A stretch of 64,000 nucleotides of DNA from Akkermansia sp. (GTDB lineage Bacteria; Verrucomicrobiota; Verrucomicrobiia; Verrucomicrobiales; Akkermansiaceae). The notes beneath the pieces are model-generated. The model searched no databases. It saw nothing but the letters and a program-made list of their open reading frames with translations, and had not been told where the DNA came from. The DNA lies in the NCBI GenBank assembly GCA_045631705.1, contig JAZQVE010000056.1, forward strand, positions 718 through 64,717, written 5' to 3'. Within the stretch, counting starts at the first letter, position 1. Each line of letters starts with the position of its first letter. A program made the translations under genes and the position numbers. Below are positions 1-9,627 of the stretch, in pieces.

Positions 1-1
1 T

Positions 2-3000
2 GCTGCTAATGGAGCCGTGCAGCTCAATGGCGGAATTAACCTGGTGGATGGTGCTGCGCTGATAGCTCAGGCTCCTGCAGAAGGCGAGCTCAATGAGAAC
101 GCTGGGCAGGTGATTATTTCCGGCGATTCCAATGTCCTGCGCAATAGCGCTGAGATTCAGTCAGATGCCGGTGTTACAATGGTGGCGACCGGGCAGGATG
201 AACAGGCCGGAAACCTGATTTCTGCATCTACGGTGCAGTCCGATGGTGGCAACATTGCCATAAACGCAGATAATATCAATCGTATTACCGATTCTTCCGT
301 TCAGGCTGCCGCCGGCAACGTAAACCTCGACAGCGGTGTGGCCAACATTGTGGAGGGCAGTACGACAGAGGTAAGTGCCAATGATGGCTCCATCGAGCTC
401 AAGGGTAGCGCAGCCGTGACCAACCTGGTGGATGGTGCAGAGCTGAATGCAAGCGGCGATGCATCTGCCGTGACTGTCACCGGTGCATCCAATGTCATTC
501 GCAATGGTGCAACCGTGCAGGGTGAGGCCGGGGTAACTATCAACTCCGCCGGAACAGGCGCCGCCGCCGGCAATGTGATTTCCGGTTCTGCCGTGGCCTC
601 AGGATGCGGAGATGTTGCCATCAGCGCCGCCAACATCAACCTGGTGGATGACAGTACGCTTGGTGCTGCAGCTGGAAGTGTGACACTGGATGCAGAGAGC
701 AATCTGGTCCGCAATGGCAGCGAAGTGGAGGCAGGTGCTGGAATTGCCATCACCTCCACGGGCGAGGGCGAGTACTCCGGCAATCAGGTATCTGGCTCCT
801 CGCTGCAGGCAACTGGTGGCTTTATCGCACTTACGGCAAAGAAGAGTAACTACGTGACTGCCGGTGCTGACATTGCAGCCGATGCCGGTGCTGTCACTCT
901 TTCCGGCGAGGTGAATGTCGTGGATTCTGCATCGACGATAATTGGTCAGGATACCGTGGCAATCAGCGGCAGCTCGTCCAACTCCATTGCCGGTGCCACT
1001 GCGGTGAAATCGACCGCCGGCAATGTGCTTATCGACGGTGGTGAGACCGCAGAGAACAGCATCAGCGGCACGGATACGCTGGTATCCGCCGAAGCGGAGG
1101 TGGACATTGATGGTAAGACCAATGTCATTTCCGATGGCGCTGCAGTAGAGTCCGGCGATATGCTGAGCCTGGATGGTGCAGACTATAATGTGGTATCCGG
1201 AGGTGCCTCCCTTGTCGGCGGTACGGGTATTGAGATAAGCTCCGCCAGCGCAGCTGAGGATCATGGAAATCTGGTGGAGACATCCAGTCTGATTGCCACA
1301 ACCGGAGACATCGCCATCACCGCAGCCCGCACGAACAAGCTGGCTTCGGGGGCCGTGGTGACTGCGGAAGCCGGTAATGTAAGCCTTTCCGGCGGGCTGG
1401 CCAATATCGTGGAAGGCAGTACCACAGAGGTAAACGCTACGGACGGCTCCATTGAGCTCAAAGGTGGCGCAGCTGTGACCAACCTGGTGGATGGTGCAGA
1501 GCTGAATGCAAGCGGCGATGAATCTGCCGTGTCCATCACAGGTGTATCCAATGTCGTCCGCAATGATGCAACTGTGCAGGGTGAAGATGGGGTAACTATC
1601 AGCTCCTCTGGTACAGATACCGCCGCCGGCAATGTGATTTCCGGTTCTGCCGTCTCCTCCGGAGCCGGGGATGTCGCCATCAGCGCCGCTAATATCAACC
1701 TGGTGGATGACAGTGAGCTTGGGGCTTCAACCGGTACCGTTACGCTGGAGGGTGAGAGTAATCTGGTGCGCAATGGCAGCGATGTGGAAGCCGGGGCTGG
1801 AATCACCATCACCTCCACGGGCGATGGGGAGTACTCCGGCAACCTGGTGTCCGATTCTGCTCTTACGGCTGGGACTGGCGATGTTGCCCTGGTGTCGGAG
1901 GTGCATAATCATGTGACGGATGCTGCTGTGCTGGAGTCTGAATCCGGCAAGGTATCCCTGACCGGGGACAGGAATATCATTATGGGAGGTTCCTCTGTTC
2001 TGGCCGACAGTGATGTTGTCATGACTGCGAATGAACTCAATGCTGTCAATAACTCTGAATTGAAGTCAGAAAAGGGCGATGTCATCATCGGCGATGAAGG
2101 CGGCAGCACCGAGACGGTAACCAACGCGATTGTGTCCACCGATGGTCAGATGGTGCATATTGTCGCAGGGCAGAACGTGCGTGTTGTCGGTAAAAATGTT
2201 ATTTCCGGTGAGAATTTCGGTGATGTGAACCTCATTGCCGGTCAGGGTGATATTACTTTGAGCGATGATAATAAAATCACTCATGCTGTCATGGAAGCCC
2301 TGGGGACTGAAGGTGATGTTGCCATCACAACCGGCACGGGGAACAAAGGTACAACGATTACGAATACCGGCATTTACGGCCAGACAGTGACTATTGCGGG
2401 TGATATTACCGACCGCAGCGATGCCAATCTGGCCGTTGTGACCGGGGAAGACACTTGCATTATATCACACGGTGCGAAGGATGGAGTGGGGCTGACGCTC
2501 AACAACGTGTCTGTACTCGATACGCAGAAGGGGGCTGGGGCTATCCGTGCCAGGAATCAGGGCGATATCGTCATCCTCAATCGCGTAGATGTGGAGAACG
2601 GCACGCTGACCATTGACGATGGCGCTACCAGCTCTGGCCGCATTGTGGTGGATGCCGGCAATGTGCTCAATGCCCGTTCGGAATCCAGTCTGGATGGCTG
2701 CCTGGCGGGTGCAGGAGATATCAACAAGTCCGGCGGCGATTCGCTGCTGCTCAATTACGACCACACCGGGTTCACCGGCTCCATTTATGCCAATGGTGCC
2801 CTGGGTGGTGGTGATGGCAGCGTGGTGGAGGAGGATAACGCCGGTTCGTGGATTGAGATTTCCGATGCGGGTGTCGGGGCAGAAGCCTCCATCGTGCTGA
2901 AGAACACTGACCTCGTCATCAGTACTGATAAAACGCAGATTGGTACCCTGGATACCACGCAGGATTCCGATGCTAATGCGGCGGGCACAGCCAACACCCT

Positions 3001-4636
3001 GCTTGCTGATGGTTCTTACACAGCCGATGATAACACCCGCCAGGACTTTACGATGATTGGTTCTGTTCTGGAGGTGAACAAGGGTGCTGCAGGGGATGTG
3101 GTGCAGGCTTCTGATATGAAGCTCAGTGATGCCACCCTGATTAAGCTGGATGCAGAGGTGGGGGCTGATGGCCAGGCTCACTCCGATGTCATCAAGGTAG
3201 CCGGTTCCATCGATGTGGCCGCAGCCCGGACGGGTAATGGTGTCAGCCCTGCGACGGCTCCGGTAACGGCCCGTGTGTTTGTGACTCACCTGGGAGATAC
3301 GGCTTCTGCCAATGAGGGAACGCGCACCACGATTATGGAGGGAACCATCGCCTCTGACGTTAATGAGGATGTCCTCTACGATGTGGAGAGAAGCGCCAAT
3401 GGTACCTACCAGCGAGTTCTGCAGGAACGCAATGTGCATCTGGAAAACAAGGGTGACCATGTGGACCTTGTGTACAGCAGGAACTATCGCTCTGCCTCCA
3501 AGGATGCTCAGCTGACTGCAGTGGCCAACGTGCTGCAGCAGATATCTGACAACTTCCACCACAGCGAGGGAACCCTGGCCGCCAGCGGTGACACGATGGA
3601 ACGCCTTATCGATGCCTTCGACTACACCCGCAGCGAGGATGCTGCTGTGCGTGGCCTGCGGAGTGTGGGGGGATTTGGCAATGTACTGCCTCGACTCATG
3701 CAGTTCGATTCGAGTCGCCATCATCTGAGCAATCTCCGCCGCCAGATGGCGCTGCCGGTGTGCCCCCGTACTCAGAAGGGTGCTGAGAATCGTGCCTGGG
3801 ATACCTGGATTACCTACACAGGTGCTCAGGATGAATTGAACGGTTATGCCAATATGGGCGATTACAGCCGCACAGGGAATGGCTTCCTGCTTGGCGTGGA
3901 CCGCTCGCTTACCTGCAATCTGCGTGTGGGTGCCAGTATGGGCTATGAATCTGCCAGCAGCAGCTCAGGTGCTGCAAAGGTGGATGGAGATACCTTCTTC
4001 CTGGATGCCTATGCCGTTGCGGTGAAGGGTAAACTCCGTCATCGTGCTTCCGTGGGGCTGGCTGCCAGTAGCTTTGATATGAAGCGTGGTGTGGCAGTGG
4101 AGGCTGGTTATCACAGCTTCTCCGGCCAGACGAAGGGGAGCGTGGATGGCCTTACACTGAACTTCGGCTATGAGCTCAGCTCCGATTACCAGCTGAACGA
4201 ACGCAGCTACCTGACCCGCTACCTGACGGTCAACCTTTCCTGGCACCAGCTGGATTCCATGAAGGATAAGGGACTCGGGAATGTCGGTCTGGAGACCTCG
4301 TATGACGATGACTGGCAGGCAGATGTGGCTATTGGTCTGCAGTATAATCGGGAGTTCTCCGCTGTGCGTCATGAGGCTCCTGCCACATTCTACGCTACTG
4401 CGGAACTGCATCTGGATCTCCTGAACGAGCAGGTCTCTGCCCATAATCGCTTCAGTGGTTCGTCCGCTGGCTGGGAGGTGAAGAGCATGAAGCGTGACCG
4501 TTTCTATGCCGAGTTCGGAGCAGGGGTGATTGTTCCCTTGTCTCCTGCCTGGACCGCCACCGCCGGTGCTGCTGTCGAGGTCGGAGCCGAACATACCAGC
4601 TTCTCCGGACATGCCGGCGTGCGGTATTCGTTCTGA
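2..4636 (+). CDS. Large autotransporter/adhesin: repetitive Ala/Gly/Ser/Asn-rich passenger plus C-terminal autotransporter beta-barrel; 5' end lies outside the window
   Basis: Frame is open from base 2. Beta-helix-like repetitive passenger. The last ~280 aa alternate like beta-strands and end in GVRYSF (terminal Phe). Confidence 0.9.
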   Translation, partial: AANGAVQLNGGINLVDGAALIAQAPAEGELNENAGQVIISGDSNVLRNSAEIQSDAGVTMVATGQDEQAGNLISASTVQSDGGNIAINADNINRITDSSVQAAAGNVNLDSGVANIVEGSTTEVSANDGSIELKGSAAVTNLVDGAELNASGDASAVTVTGASNVIRNGATVQGEAGVTINSAGTGAAAGNVISGSAVASGCGDVAISAANINLVDDSTLGAAAGSVTLDAESNLVRNGSEVEAGAGIAITSTGEGEYSGNQVSGSSLQATGGFIALTAKKSNYVTAGADIAADAGAVTLSGEVNVVDSASTIIGQDTVAISGSSSNSIAGATAVKSTAGNVLIDGGETAENSISGTDTLVSAEAEVDIDGKTNVISDGAAVESGDMLSLDGADYNVVSGGASLVGGTGIEISSASAAEDHGNLVETSSLIATTGDIAITAARTNKLASGAVVTAEAGNVSLSGGLANIVEGSTTEVNATDGSIELKGGAAVTNLVDGAELNASGDESAVSITGVSNVVRNDATVQGEDGVTISSSGTDTAAGNVISGSAVSSGAGDVAISAANINLVDDSELGASTGTVTLEGESNLVRNGSDVEAGAGITITSTGDGEYSGNLVSDSALTAGTGDVALVSEVHNHVTDAAVLESESGKVSLTGDRNIIMGGSSVLADSDVVMTANELNAVNNSELKSEKGDVIIGDEGGSTETVTNAIVSTDGQMVHIVAGQNVRVVGKNVISGENFGDVNLIAGQGDITLSDDNKITHAVMEALGTEGDVAITTGTGNKGTTITNTGIYGQTVTIAGDITDRSDANLAVVTGEDTCIISHGAKDGVGLTLNNVSVLDTQKGAGAIRARNQGDIVILNRVDVENGTLTIDDGATSSGRIVVDAGNVLNARSESSLDGCLAGAGDINKSGGDSLLLNYDHTGFTGSIYANGALGGGDGSVVEEDNAGSWIEISDAGVGAEASIVLKNTDLVISTDKTQIGTLDTTQDSDANAAGTANTLLADGSYTADDNTRQDFTMIGSVLEVNKGAAGDVVQASDMKLSDATLIKLDAEVGADGQAHSDVIKVAGSIDVAAARTGNGVSPATAPVTARVFVTHLGDTASANEGTRTTIMEGTIASDVNEDVLYDVERSANGTYQRVLQERNVHLENKGDHVDLVYSRNYRSASKDAQLTAVANVLQQISDNFHHSEGTLAASGDTMERLIDAFDYTRSEDAAVRGLRSVGGFGNVLPRLMQFDSSRHHLSNLRRQMALPVCPRTQKGAENRAWDTWITYTGAQDELNGYANMGDYSRTGNGFLLGVDRSLTCNLRVGASMGYESASSSSGAAKVDGDTFFLDAYAVAVKGKLRHRASVGLAASSFDMKRGVAVEAGYHSFSGQTKGSVDGLTLNFGYELSSDYQLNERSYLTRYLTVNLSWHQLDSMKDKGLGNVGLETSYDDDWQADVAIGLQYNREFSAVRHEAPATFYATAELHLDLLNEQVSAHNRFSGSSAGWEVKSMKRDRFYAEFGAGVIVPLSPAWTATAGAAVEVGAEHTSFSGHAGVRYSF
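340..1849 (+). repeat. Internal duplication in the passenger domain (~450 bp, copies at ~340-790 and ~1399-1849, offset 1059 bp)
   Basis: NIVEGSTTEV.A.DGSIELKG.AAVTNLVDGAELNASGD...GEYSGN occurs twice with high nucleotide identity. Confidence 0.9.
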
Positions 4637-4672
4637 TTAAAAACTTCTACCCACAGGTTGAGTAATGAAACA

Positions 4673-4705
4673 GCCCGTCTGCCGGAAACGGCAGGCGGGC
4701 AAAAA
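4673..4705. terminator. Rho-independent terminator between convergent genes
   Basis: Hairpin GCCCGTCTGCCG-GAAA-CGGCAGGCGGGC followed by an A run. Confidence 0.7.
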
Positions 4706-4755
4706 CGTTTTTGAGAGGATAATGAATAGAGGTGAGCTTGCGGTCGCTGAATGGC

Positions 4756-5430
4756 TCAGGCCGCTTGAAAGAGCGTCTGCAGGTGTGCGAGTATGTCCGT
4801 ACAGGATATGCCTTGAAGGGAGGCTGCACCGTATTGATGCTCCAGGTGAGCTCGTATACCCTTCCATGCTGTTTCATCTGCCTCAATAGCCTGAATGAAG
4901 AGCATAATATCTCTCATGAGAACTTCTGAGACTGGGCAGGTGATGTCTTGGTCTAATGAGAACAGCATGAGGAAAACATCGTTTCGGTGCTTGCGGATAT
5001 TGCCTTTACCCCTGTCTGAACCGTGCGGCTTATCAGGTGTGTATTGTTCCTGTAGATTGAGGTATGCTTTAATTTTCTGAAGGATGAGGGCAGGAATTGA
5101 GAGAATGGAAAGATTCTTTATATTCTGGGTCTGGTTGATGAGAAAATGATAGTAATCATCATTCAGTACAATGCACGATAGCCCTGTATACATGTTGCCG
5201 GCCTTCACAGGAGCTAATTGGCAATCCGGCTCCAGAGCAGCAATGCTTCCTCTTCTGCTCAACAGCTCAATTTGTGCAGGGCGTAGGAGTTTGCAGGCCT
5301 GATGAAACGATACATAACTTTTTTATTGGGTGCCGCCTCGTCTATATGGTGACGTTCCCATTGCTGGTATCCGTTAATCTGGAGATACTGCTTGAATGCG
5401 CAGACGAATGCGTCATCCAATTGTTCCAGA
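4756..5430 (-). pseudogene. Frameshifted, 5'-truncated nucleotidyltransferase-like gene (AbiEii-like type IV TA toxin family)
   Basis: Upstream frame LEQLDDAF...GYQQWER...MYRFIRPANSY joins by a frameshift near 5282 to PAQIELLSR...LSCIVLNDDYYHF...KIKAYLNL...IRKHRNDVF. This matches the YRF.KP...P..IELFSR / SAILL.DDYY / KAKAWLDL / KH.ND pattern I recall for these NTases. The N-terminal GG motif is missing. Confidence 0.6.
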
Positions 5431-5509
5431 ACAAAAAAATGCGATCGTAAAGTAAATAGGTTTACAATCGCAAAATTTGGTTTACATGCTTATGGGAAAT
5501 TGCCGGGAA

Positions 5510-6448
5510 TTATTCGGGCAGGGAAGCGGTGAGCTCGTCCCAGCGGAGTTTGGCCTCGATGATGGCTTCGCGGGTGACGGAGGAGGAAAGCTCCCAGGTG
5601 AGGGGCATGCGCTGGTTGAAGTAGGCAGGCAGCAGGTGGTCGAAATCCACACATCCGCCCTGGAAGGGGGCGCGGTGGTCGCGGCTGGGCCATTGCACAT
5701 CGTTCACATGGGCGCCGTATAGATAGGGCTGGAGGCTGCGCAGGTATTGGTCATGATTGAGCAGAAGAAGGTTGTGCTTGCGCTGGATGTGGCCGAAATC
5801 GTGCCAGTAGCGCACGTGGGGATTATCGGCAAATTCGGCCAGCAGGCGGGGCATCTCCCACTCGCCGGGTACTTGTTCAAAGTGGCTGCGGCCTTCCACT
5901 CCAAGTACCAGATTGAGCTTGGCTGCCTGCTCGGCCAGGGTGTGCAGGGCCTGGCGGGCGCGTTCATAGTAGAGCGGAGCCTGTCTGGCGCGGCGGCGCA
6001 CCAGCTCTCCCTTGCGGCGGGCATATTCCTTGCTGCCCACCCATTCGTTGCGCAGCTTTCGCTCCAGTTCGCGGGTGGGGTGAATGCCCTTCATGAGCTC
6101 CACGTTGCCCATGTGCAGCACGACATATTGCGCCCCCAGCCGGGAGGCCACCATGAGCGTTTCCTGGGTGAGTCGCATGGCTCGTTCCCGTGTCTCCGGC
6201 CGGTGGGAGGTGAAGGGGTAGGCATCCGGCACGTCACCGGGCACTTCAATGGGGGCCGGGCAGAAGTTATGTACCCCGGCCACCTTGATGCGGCCACCGT
6301 CCACAGCCTTGATGACCCCCGGCAGCATGTCCAGACTCAATCCGTGCGAGGCCTCGATGTACTCAAAGCCCAGCTCGCGGATTTCATCACACATGGCGCC
6401 GCCGTCCTTGTGGCGGCGACTATTCCAGCAGGTGGAAAAAACGTTCAC
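5510..6448 (-). CDS. Sugar phosphate isomerase/epimerase (AP endonuclease 2 TIM-barrel family)
   Basis: Metal ligands in GFEYIE, VHNF, VVLHMG, GVE, WHDFGH, AHVND, DH and TWE. Probable GTG start at 6448. Confidence 0.8.
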   Translation of the reverse strand: MNVFSTCWNSRRHKDGGAMCDEIRELGFEYIEASHGLSLDMLPGVIKAVDGGRIKVAGVHNFCPAPIEVPGDVPDAYPFTSHRPETRERAMRLTQETLMVASRLGAQYVVLHMGNVELMKGIHPTRELERKLRNEWVGSKEYARRKGELVRRRARQAPLYYERARQALHTLAEQAAKLNLVLGVEGRSHFEQVPGEWEMPRLLAEFADNPHVRYWHDFGHIQRKHNLLLLNHDQYLRSLQPYLYGAHVNDVQWPSRDHRAPFQGGCVDFDHLLPAYFNQRMPLTWELSSSVTREAIIEAKLRWDELTASLPE

Positions 6449-6492
6449 GGGGGTGATTGTAGTAACAAATCGCCCGGGAATCAAGCCCGTTG

Positions 6493-6521
6493 TTGACTTT
6501 TCTGCGCTATGCGCGTATAAT
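6493..6521 (+). promoter_or_regulatory. Sigma70 promoter, leaderless transcript
   Basis: TTGACT-17bp-TATAAT, then 7 nt to an in-frame GTG at 6529. Confidence 0.75.
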
Positions 6522-6528
6522 CTCGCGC

Positions 6529-7842
6529 GTGAGCGATTTTCAACAAAAAGGTCAGGGATATAAGCCTCGTTTCAAGGATAGGAAGCGCCCGCAGGGGGGC
6601 AGCGCAGCACCGCGTGTCCGTGCGTTCAAGACGGCGGATGCACCGGAAGGTAGTGAGAACTGGGTGCGCCCGTGGGTGCAGCTCAAGTATTTCACATACA
6701 ATCCTGCCGTGTTCCCGCGCATGCTGGGTGCCGTGAGTCCGGATGCGGTGCAGGGCGGGCTGATTAATGTTTACGACAAGAATGGCGACCTCTTTGGCGG
6801 CGGTTTCTGGAACCCTCAGAGCCGCACCCCGCTGCGCATGCTGGCGCACGGCCCCGAGGTTCTGAAGGAGAAGGACCTGGAGACTGCAATCCGCAAGGCT
6901 GTGGCCTGGCGCCGCCAGGATTGCAAGCTGGAGGAAACCACCAATGCTTACCGCGTGATTCATGGCGACTCCGATGGCCTGGGTGGCCTGATTGTGGACC
7001 GCTATGCGGATGTGCTGAGTCTGGAGGTGACCACCCTGGGCGTGTGGCTGCGTCTGCCGCAGTGGTTGCCGCTGCTGCACGAGCTCTGCGGCACGAAGCG
7101 CCATGTCATCACTGTGGATGAAGGGATTGCCCGCATGGAGGGAATTGATGTGAGCAAGGCTCCCGCCAGCGAACCGGTGCATAAAGTGCGCATCGTGGAA
7201 AACGGTGTGAATTTCGAGGTGGATTTTGCTCAGGGGCATAAGACCGGCTTCTTCTGCGATCAGCGCGATAACCGCCTGAAACTTTCGAAACTGGTGGAAG
7301 GTAAGACCATGCTCGACCTCTGCTGCTACTCCGGCGGTTTCTCCATCTATTCCAAGCTGCACGGCGGTGCTGCCGAGGTGACGGCTGTTGATTTGGACGA
7401 AAAGGCTATTCTGATGGCTAAGCGCAATGCCAACATTAACGCCCAGAACGGCCCGCTGCGTATCGACTTTGTGCATGCGGATGCCTTTGTGTATGCCCGC
7501 CAGATGGTGCGCAACGGCAAGATGTTCGATGTAGTGCTGCTCGACCCGCCCAAGTTTGTGCTGGGGCGTGATGAAGAGAAGGAGGAAGGTCTGAAGAAGT
7601 ACAATGACCTGAACATGCTCGGCCTGCAGTGTGTGCGCCGTGGCGGCCTGTTCGTGACCTGCTCCTGCAGTGGCCTGGTGAGTCCGGCTGAGTTCGAGAA
7701 GACCGTTATCAAGGCAGCCCAGCGACTGGGCCGCCGCCTGCAGATTCTGGACATGACCGGCCCCGGCTGGGACCATCCTTTCCTCTCCACCTATCCTGAA
7801 GGTCGTTATCTGAAGGTACTCTGGGCTCGCGTGCTGGTATGA
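6529..7842 (+). CDS. rlmI: 23S rRNA m5C1962-type SAM-dependent methyltransferase
   Basis: Motifs HGDSDGLGGLIVDRY, GHKTGFFCDQRDNR, LDLCCYSGGFS, LDPPKF, TCSCS and DHP...YLK. Confidence 0.85.
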   Translation: MSDFQQKGQGYKPRFKDRKRPQGGSAAPRVRAFKTADAPEGSENWVRPWVQLKYFTYNPAVFPRMLGAVSPDAVQGGLINVYDKNGDLFGGGFWNPQSRTPLRMLAHGPEVLKEKDLETAIRKAVAWRRQDCKLEETTNAYRVIHGDSDGLGGLIVDRYADVLSLEVTTLGVWLRLPQWLPLLHELCGTKRHVITVDEGIARMEGIDVSKAPASEPVHKVRIVENGVNFEVDFAQGHKTGFFCDQRDNRLKLSKLVEGKTMLDLCCYSGGFSIYSKLHGGAAEVTAVDLDEKAILMAKRNANINAQNGPLRIDFVHADAFVYARQMVRNGKMFDVVLLDPPKFVLGRDEEKEEGLKKYNDLNMLGLQCVRRGGLFVTCSCSGLVSPAEFEKTVIKAAQRLGRRLQILDMTGPGWDHPFLSTYPEGRYLKVLWARVLV

Positions 7843-9536
7843 TTTTTACTCTTGTTATTGGTCTGGGCCTGGCTTTTGTGCTGGGTATGGTGGCGCAGAA
7901 GCTGAAGCTGTCGCCGCTGGTAGGGTATCTGGTGGCCGGAATGCTGGCTGCGCAGCCTTGGTGGGGACACCCGGTGGACCAGCATGTGGTGGAGGAGTTT
8001 TCTCACATCGGCGTGGTGCTGCTGCTCTTTGGTGTAGGCTTGCATTTCCATTTCAAGGACCTGCTGGCTGTGCGGAAGGTGGCGGTTCCTGGTGCTGTGA
8101 CCTGCAGTCTGCTGTGGACGGGTATCGGTGGCCTGGTGTACTACCTTTGCGGCGGTGCCGGCGGCTGGGTGGCCGCGGCGATTTTCGGCATGTGCGTGTG
8201 TGTTTCCAGCACGGTGGTGCTTACCCGTGTACTGGAGGATAACAAGATGCTGCAGACTCCTGCCGGGCATACTGCTCTGGGCTGGCTGGTGGTGGAGGAT
8301 TTGTTCACCATCATTCTGCTGGTTCTCATGCCGGTCATGTTCGGCAACGATGAGCTGCTGCCGGCACTGGGTGGCATGGCGGTGAAGCTGACCCTGCTGG
8401 TGCTCATAGTGGCGCTGCTGGGCAAGCGCATCATCACCAAGGTTCTCACCTATGTGGCCCGCAATGGCTCGGATGAGCTCTTTACCCTGGGCGTGCTGGT
8501 GATTGCGCTGGGTATTGCAGTGCTGTCCTCCTATGTGTTCAATGCTTCCATGGAGTTTGGCGCCTTCCTTTCCGGCATGGTGGTGGGGCAGAGCAAGTTT
8601 GCCAGCCGTGCGGCGAGCGATGCTCTCCCCATGCGCGATGCCTTTGCGGTGCTCTTCTTTGTGTCCGTAGGCATGGGCTTCCAGATGGGCGGTCTGGTGG
8701 AATACTGGCCGCTGGCGCTGGGTACCACATTGTATGTGCTGCTCATCAAGCCGATCACGGGTTACATCGTTATCCGCCTGCTGCGTCGTCCGGCACGTCT
8801 GGGCGTGGTTGTGGGTGGAGCCCTGGCGCAGATTGGTGAATTTTCCTTCATCCTGGCTACGCTGGCAGCCAGCACCTACGGTGTGCTGCCGCTGTATGCG
8901 GCTAATGTGATTACCGGTGCCGCCATTATCTCCATCACGCTGAATGCGGCTTTGTTCCGCTATGTGCCGAAGGTGATTCAGATGCTGGAGAAGAATGCTC
9001 CGGTGGCGGCGGATGCCGCCCGCCATGTGCCGGCACCCCGCGAGGAGGTAGACCGCGTGATTGTGGTGGGCTATGGCCCCAGCGGACAGATTATGACGGA
9101 TCTGCTGCGCAAATACGACGTGGAGGTGGTGGTGCTGGAAATGAATATCGACACCGTGACCCGGCTGAACAAGGAAGGTATTCCTGCGCTGCATGGTGAT
9201 GCCCGCCTGCGCCATATCCTGAAGCTGGCCGGAGTGGAGCATGCCAAGGCCATCATGATTACTTCTGCTGCGGCGCCTTCCAAGGAGATTTCCGCTGCTG
9301 CTCACAGCCTGAATAAGGAGATTGAGGTGATGGCCTACACCATTTACAAGAATCAGGCGCAGGAGCTGCGCAGTGCTGGCAATTATGTGTTCTCCGGTGA
9401 GGAGGAAGTGGCTCTTTCCATGTCCTCCACCCTGCTGCGGCAGATGGGAGCTACGGATGAGCAGGTGACTCGCGAGCGCGTGGCTACCCGCCGCCGCCTG
9501 GCAGGCCTGCCTCCTGAGGAATTGGAGGATATATAG
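7839..9536 (+). CDS. Cation:proton antiporter-2 (YbaL/RosB/Kef family) with C-terminal TrkA-N domain, copy 1
   Basis: Motifs SPLVGYL.AG, GVVLLLFGVGLHF, SSTVV, GWLVVED, GAFLSG, FFVSVG, QIGEFSF and VVGYGP.G. Confidence 0.9.
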   Translation: MIFTLVIGLGLAFVLGMVAQKLKLSPLVGYLVAGMLAAQPWWGHPVDQHVVEEFSHIGVVLLLFGVGLHFHFKDLLAVRKVAVPGAVTCSLLWTGIGGLVYYLCGGAGGWVAAAIFGMCVCVSSTVVLTRVLEDNKMLQTPAGHTALGWLVVEDLFTIILLVLMPVMFGNDELLPALGGMAVKLTLLVLIVALLGKRIITKVLTYVARNGSDELFTLGVLVIALGIAVLSSYVFNASMEFGAFLSGMVVGQSKFASRAASDALPMRDAFAVLFFVSVGMGFQMGGLVEYWPLALGTTLYVLLIKPITGYIVIRLLRRPARLGVVVGGALAQIGEFSFILATLAASTYGVLPLYAANVITGAAIISITLNAALFRYVPKVIQMLEKNAPVAADAARHVPAPREEVDRVIVVGYGPSGQIMTDLLRKYDVEVVVLEMNIDTVTRLNKEGIPALHGDARLRHILKLAGVEHAKAIMITSAAAPSKEISAAAHSLNKEIEVMAYTIYKNQAQELRSAGNYVFSGEEEVALSMSSTLLRQMGATDEQVTRERVATRRRLAGLPPEELEDI

Positions 9537-9627
9537 TCAAATTTTTTCGAAAAAAGCGGGCTGACCAGCTTGCAAAACAGAGGGAGCGGGTGTAGTATGG
9601 TTGCATATTACACCCGCTCTCTTTTTT

